The translations under genes and the position numbers were made by a program. A stretch of DNA of 61,238 nucleotides from Rhynchobatus australiae (Eukaryota). A model generated the notes under the pieces. It saw only the letters and a list, made by a program, of their open reading frames with translations, made no database searches and was not told where the DNA came from. Within the stretch, counting starts at the first letter, position 1, and each line of letters opens with the position of its first letter. Below, one piece after another: positions 39,780 to 50,476 of the stretch. The DNA lies in NCBI GenBank assembly GCA_034780895.1, contig JAUZTB010000070.1:16112482-16173719 (forward strand). The letters run 5' to 3'.

Positions 39780-41330
39780 CACCCAGGGTGGACACAACAC
39801 TTGGAGACCGGAGGCAGCTGATTCCAATCAGTGTGCAGCACCTGCCCTGCAGGAGGCTAGTGCAGGGAGGAGCGAGCTGGGGACAGAGTTTGCTTCCGTT
39901 TACGTTCACTGATGAAGGAACAGGTTTTCAAGATCACTGTTGTACACAGTATGAAGTCTTGACGGGAAGACAGCTGGAGGAGAAAGAAGACGTGTATTGT
40001 TGGATGGGGCTGCCTGACTCAACAGGGAGGCTACCACTCCTTCCCCATCCCAATTGCCTGACCCAGGTCAAGTTTTATACCTTGAATTTTGGAAATGCTG
40101 ACCAATGTGACCTACTCCTGCTGGCATCCATCACTTCTGGAAGCTGGTCCACCATTTTTAGAGGGCTGGTAGGTTGGGGAAGGTGTCTGGTAGTGTACAA
40201 CGACAAATACCTCTTCGGGGTTCTGTGCAAGTTTTACAGGCCACATTTTTGAGTCCAGGACTGACTTCTGTACACTGGATGTCCGGCTAAAGTTAATGGT
40301 CCTTGAATACTCCCCTTCTGTTTAGAAGGGAAGTGCATCACAGATGTCCCCATGTGTGGCTAACTGGATAACTTTTGCTTGGAAGCAATCCTGTGTTATC
40401 AAATGAGGATGCTGTTGGATTTAGCTCTGCATGGGCCATGGATGGAGGTCGTCCTCTTGGCTTATGCCAATGACCTGTTCCTCATGGTTGAAGATTCCAG
40501 TGACTTGTGAAGGATGTGTGAGCTCAATAAGACATTCCTGCTACATCCTTCACAAGGATCAATAGAGAAATGTTCTGGACTTCTGGTAGGTCAGTGATGG
40601 ATTGATTCCCTGCATGAGAGAGACGAATGCTTTCCATAGAGGCACTGCCTTCAAGATGACATGAAGTTGTCATTAGTGAGTGCTGCATGCACCTCTCTAA
40701 GGGAGTTGCTAATCTGTTGCTGGGATCTTCCCAGAGTCAGGGATGTGGTCACCTCTAGATAGGATGCTCCTACACTGGTAAAGAGGATACTCAACCTGCC
40801 AGGGTGACTGGATGTGGGGATGCACCAGAGGACAGAGCCACATAGTCAAAGCCTTCAAAACCCCATCATCCCATCGCAAGGGGCTCAAAAGTGTGATGGA
40901 ATCTCAACTGAGCTGACCCTTATTCAACTGGAATTAGTCTTCCTGAAACCGTCCTTGGGAACCACCACCTTGCGACTTGAGGTCTCTCTCAGAAATGCCT
41001 GCTCTGCCTTTCCACACTACATAGAGGGGTTCCCTGTGCAGGTTGCTCTTATGTGCTCTATTTTCTTGCAATTGTTAGCCATCCAGGCACACTGTCTGTT
41101 CCACTGTCTGGCAATGAGACAGATCCCCAGTGAGGTGCCTCCCCTTTTACATTGATCCAGGGTTGCAACATGTTGAACAGAGCTGTCCCTTGCAATGTAT
41201 TTTTTAGCTGGCTCACTGACTCCGAGTGCCTGTAATTTCTTGATGAGTGTGTATTCCCTGAATTTATGGATGGCTTGAGGTTGCAGTCCCTATTTGAGTG
41301 TTTATTGGAGATAAGATACTCGGCAGGTCC
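39780..41330 (+). mobile_element. Highly decayed Tx1-like (L1 clade) LINE in COMP intron 2
   Basis: VVLLAYANDL (YADD) at ~40447-40480, a degenerate RG..Q.CP motif upstream, and a C-terminal LNRAVPCN..LTDS motif near 41170-41225. Confidence 0.55.
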
Positions 41331-42059
41331 TGTNNNNNNNNNNNNNNNNNNNNNNNNNNNNNNNNNNNNNNNNNNNNNNNNNNNNNNNNNNNNNNNNNNN
41401 NNNNNNNNNNNNNNNNNNNNNNNNNNNNNNNNNGGTTGCATCTGTGGGAAGAGAAACAGACCCTTCAGCTTTGACCTGAAACGTTAACTCTATTTCTCTT
41501 CCCACCGATGTGGCCTAACCTGCTGAGTATTTTCAGCACTTTGTTTTTTTTTTAGATTTGCAGCTTCTGCAGGATTTTCATTTGCACATTTAGGGGGCTG
41601 CTCCCTTGGTTCTGGCTGCACTTCAGCCGCATGCTCCTGATCCTTGGGCAGTGGCGAGGTTGTGGGAGGGGGATGCCCGCCGGGAGGCTGGACCGCCTTG
41701 TTATTCCTGGATCTGACAAGGTCATTCATGGGTCCAGGCAGTGGGCCTTCAGGAGGGCCAAACACCCTGACTGCCTGCCCCTCTTCTGATGTAATGTCCG
41801 TCCTGTGTTGTCCCTGGAGAGGGGATGCATGGCCTACCAGGGGTCAAACTGGTGGGCATCATAGGGGATGGATTGCATTCCGGATTCCAAGGGGAATTTA
41901 ATAAAGTTACTTAAAATCAAAACACAATGTGGGTGCTTGGGCATAATGCAAAAAGCCCAAAACAAACAGACGAGTCACAGAATACACTCCCAAATACTCT
42001 CAATGTTACATAAAATCTTGTTTCCTCTGTATCACTCACGTTGCCGCACTTTCTCACAG

Positions 42060-42111
42060 ATAAAGGAGGTCATCTTTCTGAAGAACACCTTGGCTGAGTG
42101 TGATCTCTGTG
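42060..42111 (+). CDS. COMP: COMP exon 3, coiled coil C-half IKEVIFLKNTLAECDLC
   Basis: ttctcacag acceptor, G|gtgagt donor, 52 nt; FLKNT..ECxxC motif carrying the inter-subunit cysteines. Confidence 0.95.
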
Positions 42112-42254
42112 GTGAGTAAACTGACCAGAATCAGCAGGAACTTTGTAACTCCCCCAAAGTATGGGTGCTGTTTGGAAGGGGAGGCACTCGCGCTGAGAGC
42201 ACAGGAGACCTCGGTCTGAGGGCATCAAAGGGGAGGATGAAGGTTCCAAGTTTT

Positions 42255-43020
42255 AGCCCAAATCCAGACATCTGAACACCAAATCTAAGCTGATGTTCCA
42301 TTGCAGTGCTGAGGTGAGCTGTGCTGTGGAAGGGGTAGTGCTGAAGGAGTGCCTCATTGTGGGAGGGGTGGTGCTGAGGAAGTGTCTCACCAAGGTAGGG
42401 ATAGTGCTGAGGGGTGCCGCACTGCGGGAAGGGCAAGTCTAAGGGAATGTCTCGCTGTGAGATGGGTAGTGCTGCGGGAAGGCTTCACTGGGGAGAATAG
42501 TACTGAGGGAATGCCTCATGGTGGGAAGAATACTACAGAGGGAATACGTCACACGGTGGGAAGAGTAGTGCTGGGGGAGTGCCTCACTGTGGGATGGGCA
42601 GTGCTGAAGGAATGCCTCACTGTAGGATGGGCATGGACGAGGGAGATCAGCACTGTTGGAAGGACAGTACTGAGGAAGCTTTCCACTGGACCACGCCATC
42701 TTCCAAATGAGATGTTAAACTGAAGCTCCAAATGCCTCTCAGGAAGATGTTCCAGAAGTGTCAATGACACTATCTTGTTTTAAAGGGGAGCAGGATGGTT
42801 CTCCCTGAAGTCCTGGCCAATATTTGTCCATCAGCCAACACCATTAGAACAGATTACCTACTCACTATCACACTGCTGTCTGTGGGAGCCAGCTCTGTAT
42901 CTATTGGTTGTCATGTATCTTAGAACAGTCACTACATGACATAAGTTTTGCATTGGTCTTGAAGAGCTTTGGGACATTCTGGAGTATGAAAGTACTGTGG
43001 AAGTGTGAGAATGCCTTTCA
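42255..43020 (+). mobile_element. Deu-domain SINE (SacSINE1/AmnSINE-like) with ~12 x 33-bp internal minisatellite (42304-42690)
   Basis: atgagatgttaaac..cctctcagg..gagcagg..gtcctggccaatattt..aacagatta..tgtgggagc core; unexpanded relative at ~46880-47300. Confidence 0.75.
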
Positions 43021-43325
43021 GATNNNNNNNNNNNNNNNNNNNNNNNNNNNNNNNNNNNNNNNNNNNNNNNNNNNNNNNNNNNNNNNNNNNNNNNNNNNNN
43101 NNNNNNNNNNNNNNNNNNNNNNNCCGCTGCCTCACACCTTCACCCACTGTCTCATGTTTCCTCTCTGTTTCCAACTCTTTCCCGGGCCGGGTCTCTCTCT
43201 CTGCTCTGGATGCTTGTTCCTGATTTGTTTGTGGCCGTTCTGCAGATGCGATTCTGGATAAAGGCTCTGGGGCTGTTGATGGTTCAGCCCCTGTTGATGG
43301 GTTCCTTTTATCATTCCACCTCCAG

Positions 43326-43498
43326 GTATTCAACAGGAGGGGAAGCAGCCACCAATTACTGTTTATCCATTTGGAAAGTGTGTTCCCAATCCCTGCTTCC
43401 CTGGGGTGCTGTGCTCTGAGACAGCAAATGGATTCCTCTGTGGGACCTGTCCCACTGGCTTGACGGGCAATGGAACACATTGCACTGACGTGGATGAG
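43326..43498 (+). CDS. COMP: COMP exon 4, linker + EGF1 (GIQQEGKQPPITVYPFGKCVPNPCFPGVLCSETANGFLCGTCPTGLTGNGTHCTDVDE)
   Basis: ctccag acceptor, GAG|gtgagt donor, 173 nt, six-Cys EGF; missed by the ORF track. Confidence 0.95.
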
Positions 43499-43931
43499 GT
43501 GAGTACAAGGGTGTGTGCAAGATGGGCAGCAGTAGTATAGAGATCACGGCTCTGGCAGTTCAGCTGGAGTTGGGCAAGGGTCTGGCAGGATGATGGAAGG
43601 AGGGAGGGGTCAGGAAGTGGTGGGGGAGGGTGGGCCTTGGGGATAATTTGGTGCCAGGTCTTCTGTTGGAGTTAACACAAACTGCGATCAGATTATCTGT
43701 TTGGTTATCACATTAACCGGTCGATAGGATACTTGCAAGTTAAAAGTGGGATCTGATTGTTTAAATGCGGTTGTTCATCGTTCAATCTTCATCAGAAGTT
43801 CTGAAGTAAAGTGAGGGTTCTCAGCAGTGAGGGTGAAGGATGTTCAGACCTTGGTAGCCTTATTGACCTAGATCTCACCAGCAGGTTCGAACGGGAGTGG
43901 GTTGATGAGCCAATCTTTCTTTCCTTTGCAG

Positions 43932-44069
43932 TGCCAAACACAGCCCTGCTTCCCCGGAGTTCGCTGTATTAATCAATCTCCAGGTTTTCAATGTGACCCT
44001 TGTCCGAGTGGCTACAGTGGCCCAAGAATCCAGGGAATAGGGGAGACGTTCGCCCGAACACATAGACAG
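43932..44069 (+). CDS. COMP: COMP exon 5, Ca-binding EGF2 (CQTQPCFPGVRCINQSPGFQCDPCPSGYSGPRIQGIGETFARTHRQ)
   Basis: Polypyrimidine + tgcag acceptor, CAG|gtaaat donor, 138 nt. Confidence 0.96.
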
Positions 44070-44213
44070 GTAAATGATCTTGTATCAGGATTGGACATTG
44101 TTAGACTACAACATTGGCAACCTGATCTCAGTGTTGGCTGTGTGGGGGAGCGTGTGTGCTAAGTGTGAGCACTGATTGTGAGTGGGTGTGATGGTATGAT
44201 GTTGTTAACGGTG

Positions 44214-44720
44214 TGTTACGGACTAGGTTACCATTGGTGAGGTTCCTTTAAGATAGAGTGTGTGTGTGTGGGGGGCGTGCTTATGTCAACAGAAGATAAA
44301 GAATGTCATGACGTTGTTCTTGAAACAATCAGTTGGAGTCAGTCTGAAGGAGAGAGAGAGACATGAGAGAGAGAGAGAGAGAGAGAGACCAGCCTGCTTG
44401 TTTTCTCTATCGATGGATGAGAAACAATAACTGTGACTGTCNNNNNNNNNNNNNNNNNNNNNNNNNNNNNNNNNNNNNNNNNNNNNNNNNNNNNNNNNNN
44501 NNNNNNNNNNNNNNNNNNNNNNNNNNNNNNNNNNNNNNNNNTTGGGAATTTGCCACACACACACGACGTTTAGTTAGTTTTTGGGAGTTAATGTTCGAGG
44601 TTTAACATTTTTACTTCAAACATTCTAACATTTTTACTTTTATTTTTCTTATTATCATAAGTAGTTATTCACACTTATACACGTCTCAGGGTGTGTTTCT
44701 TTTGTTGCTGGTACATAACA
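44214..44720 (+). mobile_element. Solo LTR (Gypsy-like) in COMP intron 5
   Basis: Termini TGTTA...TAACA, 4-bp target-site duplication GGTG (44210-44213 and 44721-44724), second family member at 8184-8480; contains a 100-N gap; strand assumed. Confidence 0.8.
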
Positions 44721-44750
44721 GGTGTCTCATTCACTCTCCTTATTTTGCAG

Positions 44751-44828
44751 GTGTGCACCGACATCAACGAGTGTGACGATGGGCGTAATGGTGGCTGTGA
44801 TCCAAACTCCATATGCACCAACACCCCG
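44751..44828 (+). CDS. COMP: COMP exon 6, EGF3 N-part (VCTDINECDDGRNGGCDPNSICTNTP)
   Basis: ttttgcag acceptor, CCG|gtgaga donor, 78 nt. Confidence 0.95.
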
Positions 44829-45340
44829 GTGAGAAACAACACTGGAGAGGGTGTCGGGGTGCGTGAGGGAGGGTGTGAATGGACAAGCGCTCTCGGTGCT
44901 GACAGTGAGTGCTGTGTGTTAAATGTGGTTATGTGAAAGCAAGTGTGAGACTGGACACTGGTGTCTGCAAATTGCTGCTCAGCCCCTGCAGTGTGTCGGA
45001 CGAGGTAACTCACTCGGTGATGAAATTTCCGACTGCCCCATGTTCATGTGCAATTCTATGCTGGGGACTCGTGCCTGTGAAACTGCNNNNNNNNGACAGA
45101 GCACTTCAGAGACAGGTGTAAAATGGAAGGGCAGGACAAGCAGGAGAGCTTTGCTCCCTCAGGATCTGAACTTTGACTCCATGCTGCGTAACCAAGTGTG
45201 AAAATGTCAGAGCATCTTGGATTGGAGCCTAGATTTTCAACATCTCAGGACCTTTGTTTGCTTTGCTTAATCTAAACCAAAGGGCAAGAAGAATTGTGGT
45301 GTTCTGCGTGCTAACTGCAAACTCCATTCTATTTCCATAG

Positions 45341-45493
45341 GGATCATTCCGATGTGGGCCCTGTAAGGCCGGATACATCAAAGACCAGGTCAGAGGCTGT
45401 CAACCAGAGAGGAGCTGTGCAAATGGAGCGCCAAACCCATGCCATAAGGAAGCACGGTGCATTGTGACGCAGAGCAGCCAGATCAGCTGTGTC
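45341..45493 (+). CDS. COMP: COMP exon 7, EGF3/EGF4 (GSFRCGPCKAGYIKDQVRGCQPERSCANGAPNPCHKEARCIVTQSSQISCV)
   Basis: ttccatag acceptor, GTC|gtaagg donor, 153 nt. Confidence 0.95.
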
Positions 45494-46328
45494 GTAAGGA
45501 AAGATGATGTGATCTGTCAGTCACTGGAAAGGCAGAGCAAGAACTGGAGAGAAAATATGGAGGAGGGAGAGGGAGGCTTGAAGTAAGAGGGCGGGGGAGA
45601 TGGAAGGAGGAACAAAATAGTAGGGAGAGCAGGGAGGGAGTGGGGGGAAGGGAAGAAGAGAGGNNNNNNNNNNNNNNNNNNNNNNNNNNNNNNNNNNNNN
45701 NNNNNNNNNNNNNNNNNNNNNNNNNNNNNNNNNNNNNNNNNNNNNNNNNNNNNNNNNNGGGGGGATGTTAAGAGGGGAGATAGGGAGCGAGTGAAGATTA
45801 CACGAGAGGGAGGGGATAGAGGGAGTAATAAGAAAGAGACGGGAGAAGGGGGGCAAGGTCATGGAGGGATTTGAAAGCATTTTTAACACCAAGATGTTGC
45901 TTCATTGGGAAGAGTGTGGGTCAGCAGGGAATACGGGAGTCAAGTCAGGAGTGCAGCAAAAGAAACCTCAGGTGAGCAAAGACGGGGGCAGTCAAGGGTT
46001 GTTGCAGACGTAGAAACAGGTTGTTGTTGTGATGACAATACATGGGGTGCAAAGCTTGTCCTGGAGTCAAATATGGCACGTTTACAAACCACTGATTGTC
46101 TCAAATGATCGCCCAGGAAGAGGGATGAAGAGGTAGAATCCAAACATGTGATGGCTTATGTCTTCCTGATATTTTTACAGTGGGGGGAAACCATTCCTGC
46201 TCGTGTAATATTGGAATGCCAGACAAACAGTCTGACAACATTGAGCTAGTGGAGTTAACGGTCTGTTTGAGAATCATGTCAGGTTGTGATATTAACTGCA
46301 ATCACCTTTCTTGCTCTCATTGCCTCAG

Positions 46329-46433
46329 TGTGGAATTGGCTGGGCTGGGAATGGCTATGTCTGTGGCCCCGACACAGATATCGATGGGTTTCCTGATGCA
46401 ACACTGGATTGTCCTGAGAGAAACTGCCACAAG
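46329..46433 (+). CDS. COMP: COMP exon 8, end of EGF4 + first type 3 repeat ([35 protein letters not shown])
   Basis: cctcag acceptor, AAG|gtatga donor, 105 nt; GWAGNG..CG.DTD.DGFPD hallmark. Confidence 0.97.
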
Positions 46434-46737
46434 GTATGACAGATGATACCAAGAGGGAAAGATGGAGAGATGTAGTGAGGAAAGAGGGACGGATAAGTAG
46501 AGAAAATGGANNNNNNNNNNTTACATAAAAGTTTATTGTCATATGCACAAGTACGTGTTTGCACAGGTGCAATGATAAACTGACTTGCAGCAGCATCACA
46601 GGCACATAGTGTCAGATACACAACATTCACAAGAAAAACATATTATACAAGAATGAACATAATTCGAGCATGAAAAAAACAAATGTAAATAAGTAAAGTG
46701 AATATTCATTGATCGATGTGCTTTGCTGCTGTACTAG

Positions 46738-46845
46738 GATAACTGTGTGTCAGTGCCAAACTCTGGGCAGGAAGATGCAGATGGCGATGGGATTGGAGAT
46801 GCCTGTGACAATGATGCTGATGGTGATGGCATTTTAAATGAAGAG
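46738..46845 (+). CDS. COMP: COMP exon 9, type 3 repeats ([36 protein letters not shown])
   Basis: actag acceptor, GAG|gttagt donor, 108 nt. Confidence 0.97.
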
Positions 46846-46879
46846 GTTAGTGTTTGATTAAATAAAATATCAGTGGTTA

Positions 46880-47300
46880 AAAAGAAATATTGGCCATATG
46901 CACTGAGTCAAAATGTCATGGGTTCAAGTCACATTCTGGAGATCTAAGTCAATAAACCAGACAACCTCTGCCAGAGTAGCACTGGGAGAGCTCTGTCCTT
47001 TGGATGTGACTTTGGACGAATGCCCTGCCTGCTTTCTCGGGTGAAAGATCCTGGAGCAGTATTTCGAAGCAGAGCAGGGATGTTCTTAGTGTCTGGCATC
47101 ATATTTGTCTCTCTCTCTCTGTCACTAAAACAGATTATCCAGTCGTTATCTGATTGCTTTTTGTGGGAGCTTGCTGTGTGCAAATTGTTTGTCATGTTTC
47201 CCACATTACAACAGTTAGCACCCTTCAAAATTGTTTCATTGGCTGTCAGGATCTTTGGATGTCCTGGGTGGTGATGGAGAGAATAGTTATATATGGTATT
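46880..47300 (+). mobile_element. Deu-domain SINE in COMP intron 9
   Basis: tRNA-like head (gggttcaagtc), aagatcc..gtatttcgaagcagagcaggga..cactaaaacagattatc..tttgtgggagcttgctgtgtgcaaattg. Confidence 0.75.
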
Positions 47301-47703
47301 TTTAAAGCTGATTTGGTCAGAATAATTAAAGGGAGGAGTTGGGAGATTTTTACTGTCTGCAATTGGGATGCCTTTAATATCAAGGATTAATTTTTTTAGA
47401 TGTAGGTGTCAGTGTCGATGCCAAGACCAGCACTTATAGCCCACTCATTGTCCTTGAGAAGTGGTGGTGAGCTGCTGCCTTGAAATGCTGCCGTCCATGT
47501 GCTGAAGGTACCATTGGGTGGGCCGGACTCAGCAACCATGACGGTCCAGCAATATATTCCCAAGTCAGGGTAGCACACAACTTAGAGAACTTTCAGGCAG
47601 TGGTGTGCCCATGCTGCCCTTGTCCTCGGTGGTCGAGGTGGAGGACCTGGGGCTCGTGCTGAGATAAAGTTGGTGGTATAACTGCTGTATCTCATTTCCA
47701 CAG

Positions 47704-47863
47704 GATAACTGTGTTCTGATACCAAATGTCAACCAGAGAAACACCGACAAGGATAACTTTGGGGATGTGTGTGATAACTGCAGACTTGTCGTTAATAACA
47801 ACCAGAAGGATAGTGATGGTGACGGAAAAGGAGATGTATGTGATCAGGACATGGATGGAGATG
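47704..47863 (+). CDS. COMP: COMP exon 10, type 3 repeats ([53 protein letters not shown])
   Basis: ccacag acceptor, G|gtaagg donor, 160 nt. Confidence 0.97.
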
Positions 47864-48279
47864 GTAAGGGCTCGGAATAGGATGAGAACCTTTTATGGAT
47901 CATTATCTGCAATCTGCACTTACTCTGAACCAAGGTTAACACAAGACAGTCGGAGAGCAGCTTTGATGGAATCCCAAGGCTGTGTGGTTCCAGTAAACCC
48001 AGCCACCGTTGCTGGTTTGTGGCATTTGTGGATAGGGCAGCAATGAACACTGTCAGAAGGTGTACTGGGGCAGAAGGACTGAGGTATGAGCTGGCCAGAG
48101 GGTGGGATCTGGAAGTGCACAGGTGGCAGTTGATGGGACAAATAACAGGATGGGTCAGGACTGATTCCCAGGGGATGGGGTAAAAATTAGGGGTCAGGGT
48201 GATGGTCATGGGTCAGGGTAAAAGTAATTCATCCTTATTCAGTGTGCTTTGGACTTCAATCATTTCCCCCATTTTCCAG

Positions 48280-48398
48280 GAATCAGGAACCGTTTGGATA
48301 ACTGTGAGCGTGTTCCAAACCGGGATCAGAGGGACCGGGATGGAGACGGGGTTGGAGATGCCTGTGACAGCTGCCCAAACATCAGAAACCCAGATCAG
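48280..48398 (+). CDS. COMP: COMP exon 11, type 3 repeats ([40 protein letters not shown])
   Basis: ttttccag acceptor, CAG|gtaagt donor, 119 nt. Confidence 0.97.
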
Positions 48399-48654
48399 GT
48401 AAGTTTCGGGTAGCTTGCTGTCCTCGCTCAGCGGGTGATGTTCCCACTGCGGATTCAGGTCTTGATTCACGTCCCGCTCCAGGCTGATGCTCTCCATTAG
48501 GAACTGAGTGGATGGGGGCAGGACTAAAAATAAAGATTGACACCAGCTTGTCCCTTGAGTCTAATGTTAGTGTCAGTTGCTAAATAACAATGGTCATCAT
48601 TGATAAAATGGCGTAATACGGGAGAAAAACATGGTGCAGGAATGCATGCCAGCG

Positions 48655-49430
48655 ACACGAGCTCCTGCAGATGCTGGAATGTGGAGCAACACACACACAC
48701 ACAATGCTGGGAGAACTCAGCAGGTCAGGCAGCATCTACTGAAGGGAAATAAACAGTCGACGTTTCGGGTCGAGACCCTTCACCAGGACTGGAGAGGAAG
48801 AGGGCAGAAGCCGGAATAAAAAGCTTGGGGGGGAGGGGGAGGAGCACGAGCTGGCAGGTGAGTCCAGGTGAGAGGGGNNNNNNNNNNNNNNNNNNNNNNN
48901 NNNNNNNNNNNNNNNNNNNNNNNNNNNNNNNNNNNNNNNNNNNNNNNNNNNNNNNNNNNNNNNNNNNNNNNNNNNNNNNNNNNNNNNNNNNNNNNNNNNN
49001 NNNNNNNNNNNNNNNNNNNNNNNNNNNNNNNNNNNNNNNNNNNNNNNNNNNNNNNNNNNNNNNNNNNNNNNNNNNNNNNNNNNNNNNNNNNNNNNNNNNN
49101 NNNNNNNNNNNNNNNNNNNNNNNNNNNNNNNNNNNNNNNNNNNNNNNNNNNNNNACCAGAAGTTGGAGAAATCAGTGTTGATGCCAGCAGGTTGAAGACT
49201 CCCAAGGTGGAATATGAGACATTGCTCCTCCAGTAGCAGTAGAGGAGGCTGTGGACAGACACATCAGTATGGGAGTGGGATGTGGCATTGAAGTGGGTGG
49301 CAACCGGACGATTCTGGTTGTTGCAGCAGGTGGAGTGAAGGTGCTCGACAAAGTGGTCGCGCAATCTGTGTCGGGCCTCACTGATTGAGAGGAGGCCGCA
49401 CTGGATGCAATGTAACACCTTCAGATTCAT
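48655..49430 (-). mobile_element. Penelope-like element 3' part (GIY-YIG endonuclease remnant + terminal repeat with hammerhead motif)
   Basis: ORF 48780-49430 CIQCGLLSISEARHRLRDHFVEHL..PVATHFN..SHSH (cf. C..C...YIGET.R.L..R..EH..PVA.HF). Confidence 0.8.
48754..48791 (-). ncRNA. Minimal type I hammerhead ribozyme motif with one core mutation
   Basis: Minus strand reads CAGUC-CUGGUGA-A-GGGU-CUCG-ACCC-GAAA-CG-UC-GACUG: stem I 5/5 bp, stem II 4 bp, GUC site; core A6 is G. Confidence 0.7.
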
Positions 49431-50063
49431 GCATCTCCGCTTATAACATGGGATTCAGTGGGGAAAGGGGGTTCTTGTTACAGAAAACCACAACACGGAC
49501 GGTTTTGTAGGAAAGCAACTCCTCCATAACGCAGGGGTTTTCTGTACTGAGAGAGTGTTGGACTGGCTGAGGGAGCTCTTCAGTGATGGATCTGTTATTT
49601 TTTTTGAATGAAATGTGAGATTGTTTAGCATTGTCAGAACCGGGGTTTCAGAGTTCTCCCAGATCACTATTTATTCATAAACCAATGCCTAAAATAAATT
49701 ATCCAGTCATTATCAAATTGTTGCTTGTGGGAGCAGATTGGCTTCGTTTCTCTATCAGAAGTCTGAGGAAATGTCTCTTCGCTCTCTCTCACTGCCCGCT
49801 CTGTGTCTGGGGTTTCTCTCATTNNNNNNNNNNTTCAATATTTGTCTCCTTTATGGGCCCCTCTTTCTCTTTCTCTGGGGTTGTCTTTGGTGTCACTCTT
49901 GGGAACCCTCTCTCTCTGGGATTTGTCTCCATTAGGCACTCGTTCCATGGCATTTCTACCTCTCTACCTCATTAGGGATCTGGATGTTGGGTATGGGCTC
50001 TAATGATCTGCGAGAGCTGAGGATGATGGCCTTGGTCTGACGTTATCTTTGATACTTTTCTAG

Positions 50064-50116
50064 TTGGATGCTGACCACGACCTGGTGGGTGACTCCTGTG
50101 ACACCAACACAGACAG
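50064..50116 (+). CDS. COMP: COMP exon 12 (LDADHDLVGDSCDTNTDS)
   Basis: ttttctag acceptor, AG|gtgagg donor, 53 nt, phase 2 matches exon 13. Confidence 0.95.
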
Positions 50117-50476
50117 GTGAGGAGGAGAGGCACCAGTTCTACNNNNNNNNNNNNNNNNNNNNNNNNNNNNNNNNNNNNNNNNNNNNNNNNNNNNNNNNNN
50201 NNNNNNNNNNNNNNNNNNNNNNNNNNNNNNNNNNNNNNNNNNNNNNNNNNNNNNNNNNNNNNNNCTGGTGTGAAGCTGCAGTTTCAATAGCAAGGAGAAG
50301 GGTGCGTGTGTGTGTTGGGAGAGAGGTGAGGTGGGTTTACTTGGGTGTTTGTAACTTTGTGTGAGAGAGTGAGTGTAGCCCTGTGTGTAGGTTTTCTGGC
50401 TGGAGGTGCATGGGTATTGCAGGGCGGAGTGATCGACAGTAAATAGAAAGTTTTCTCTCTCTCCCTGTGCCCTCAG

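Noticed and set aside
42304-42690. CRISPR-like periodic array
   Set aside because: Head-to-tail degenerate units with no unique spacers, no cas genes, vertebrate context
42349-42770. Repetitive ORFs (ECLTVGWAVL / QHYPSHSE) resembling repeat proteins
   Set aside because: They are translations of the 33-bp SINE-associated minisatellite within intron 3
43246-43325. Alternative exon 4 acceptor at tgcag 43241-43245
   Set aside because: It adds 80 nt and breaks the frame; the 43326 start gives the expected 173-nt exon and GIQQ linker
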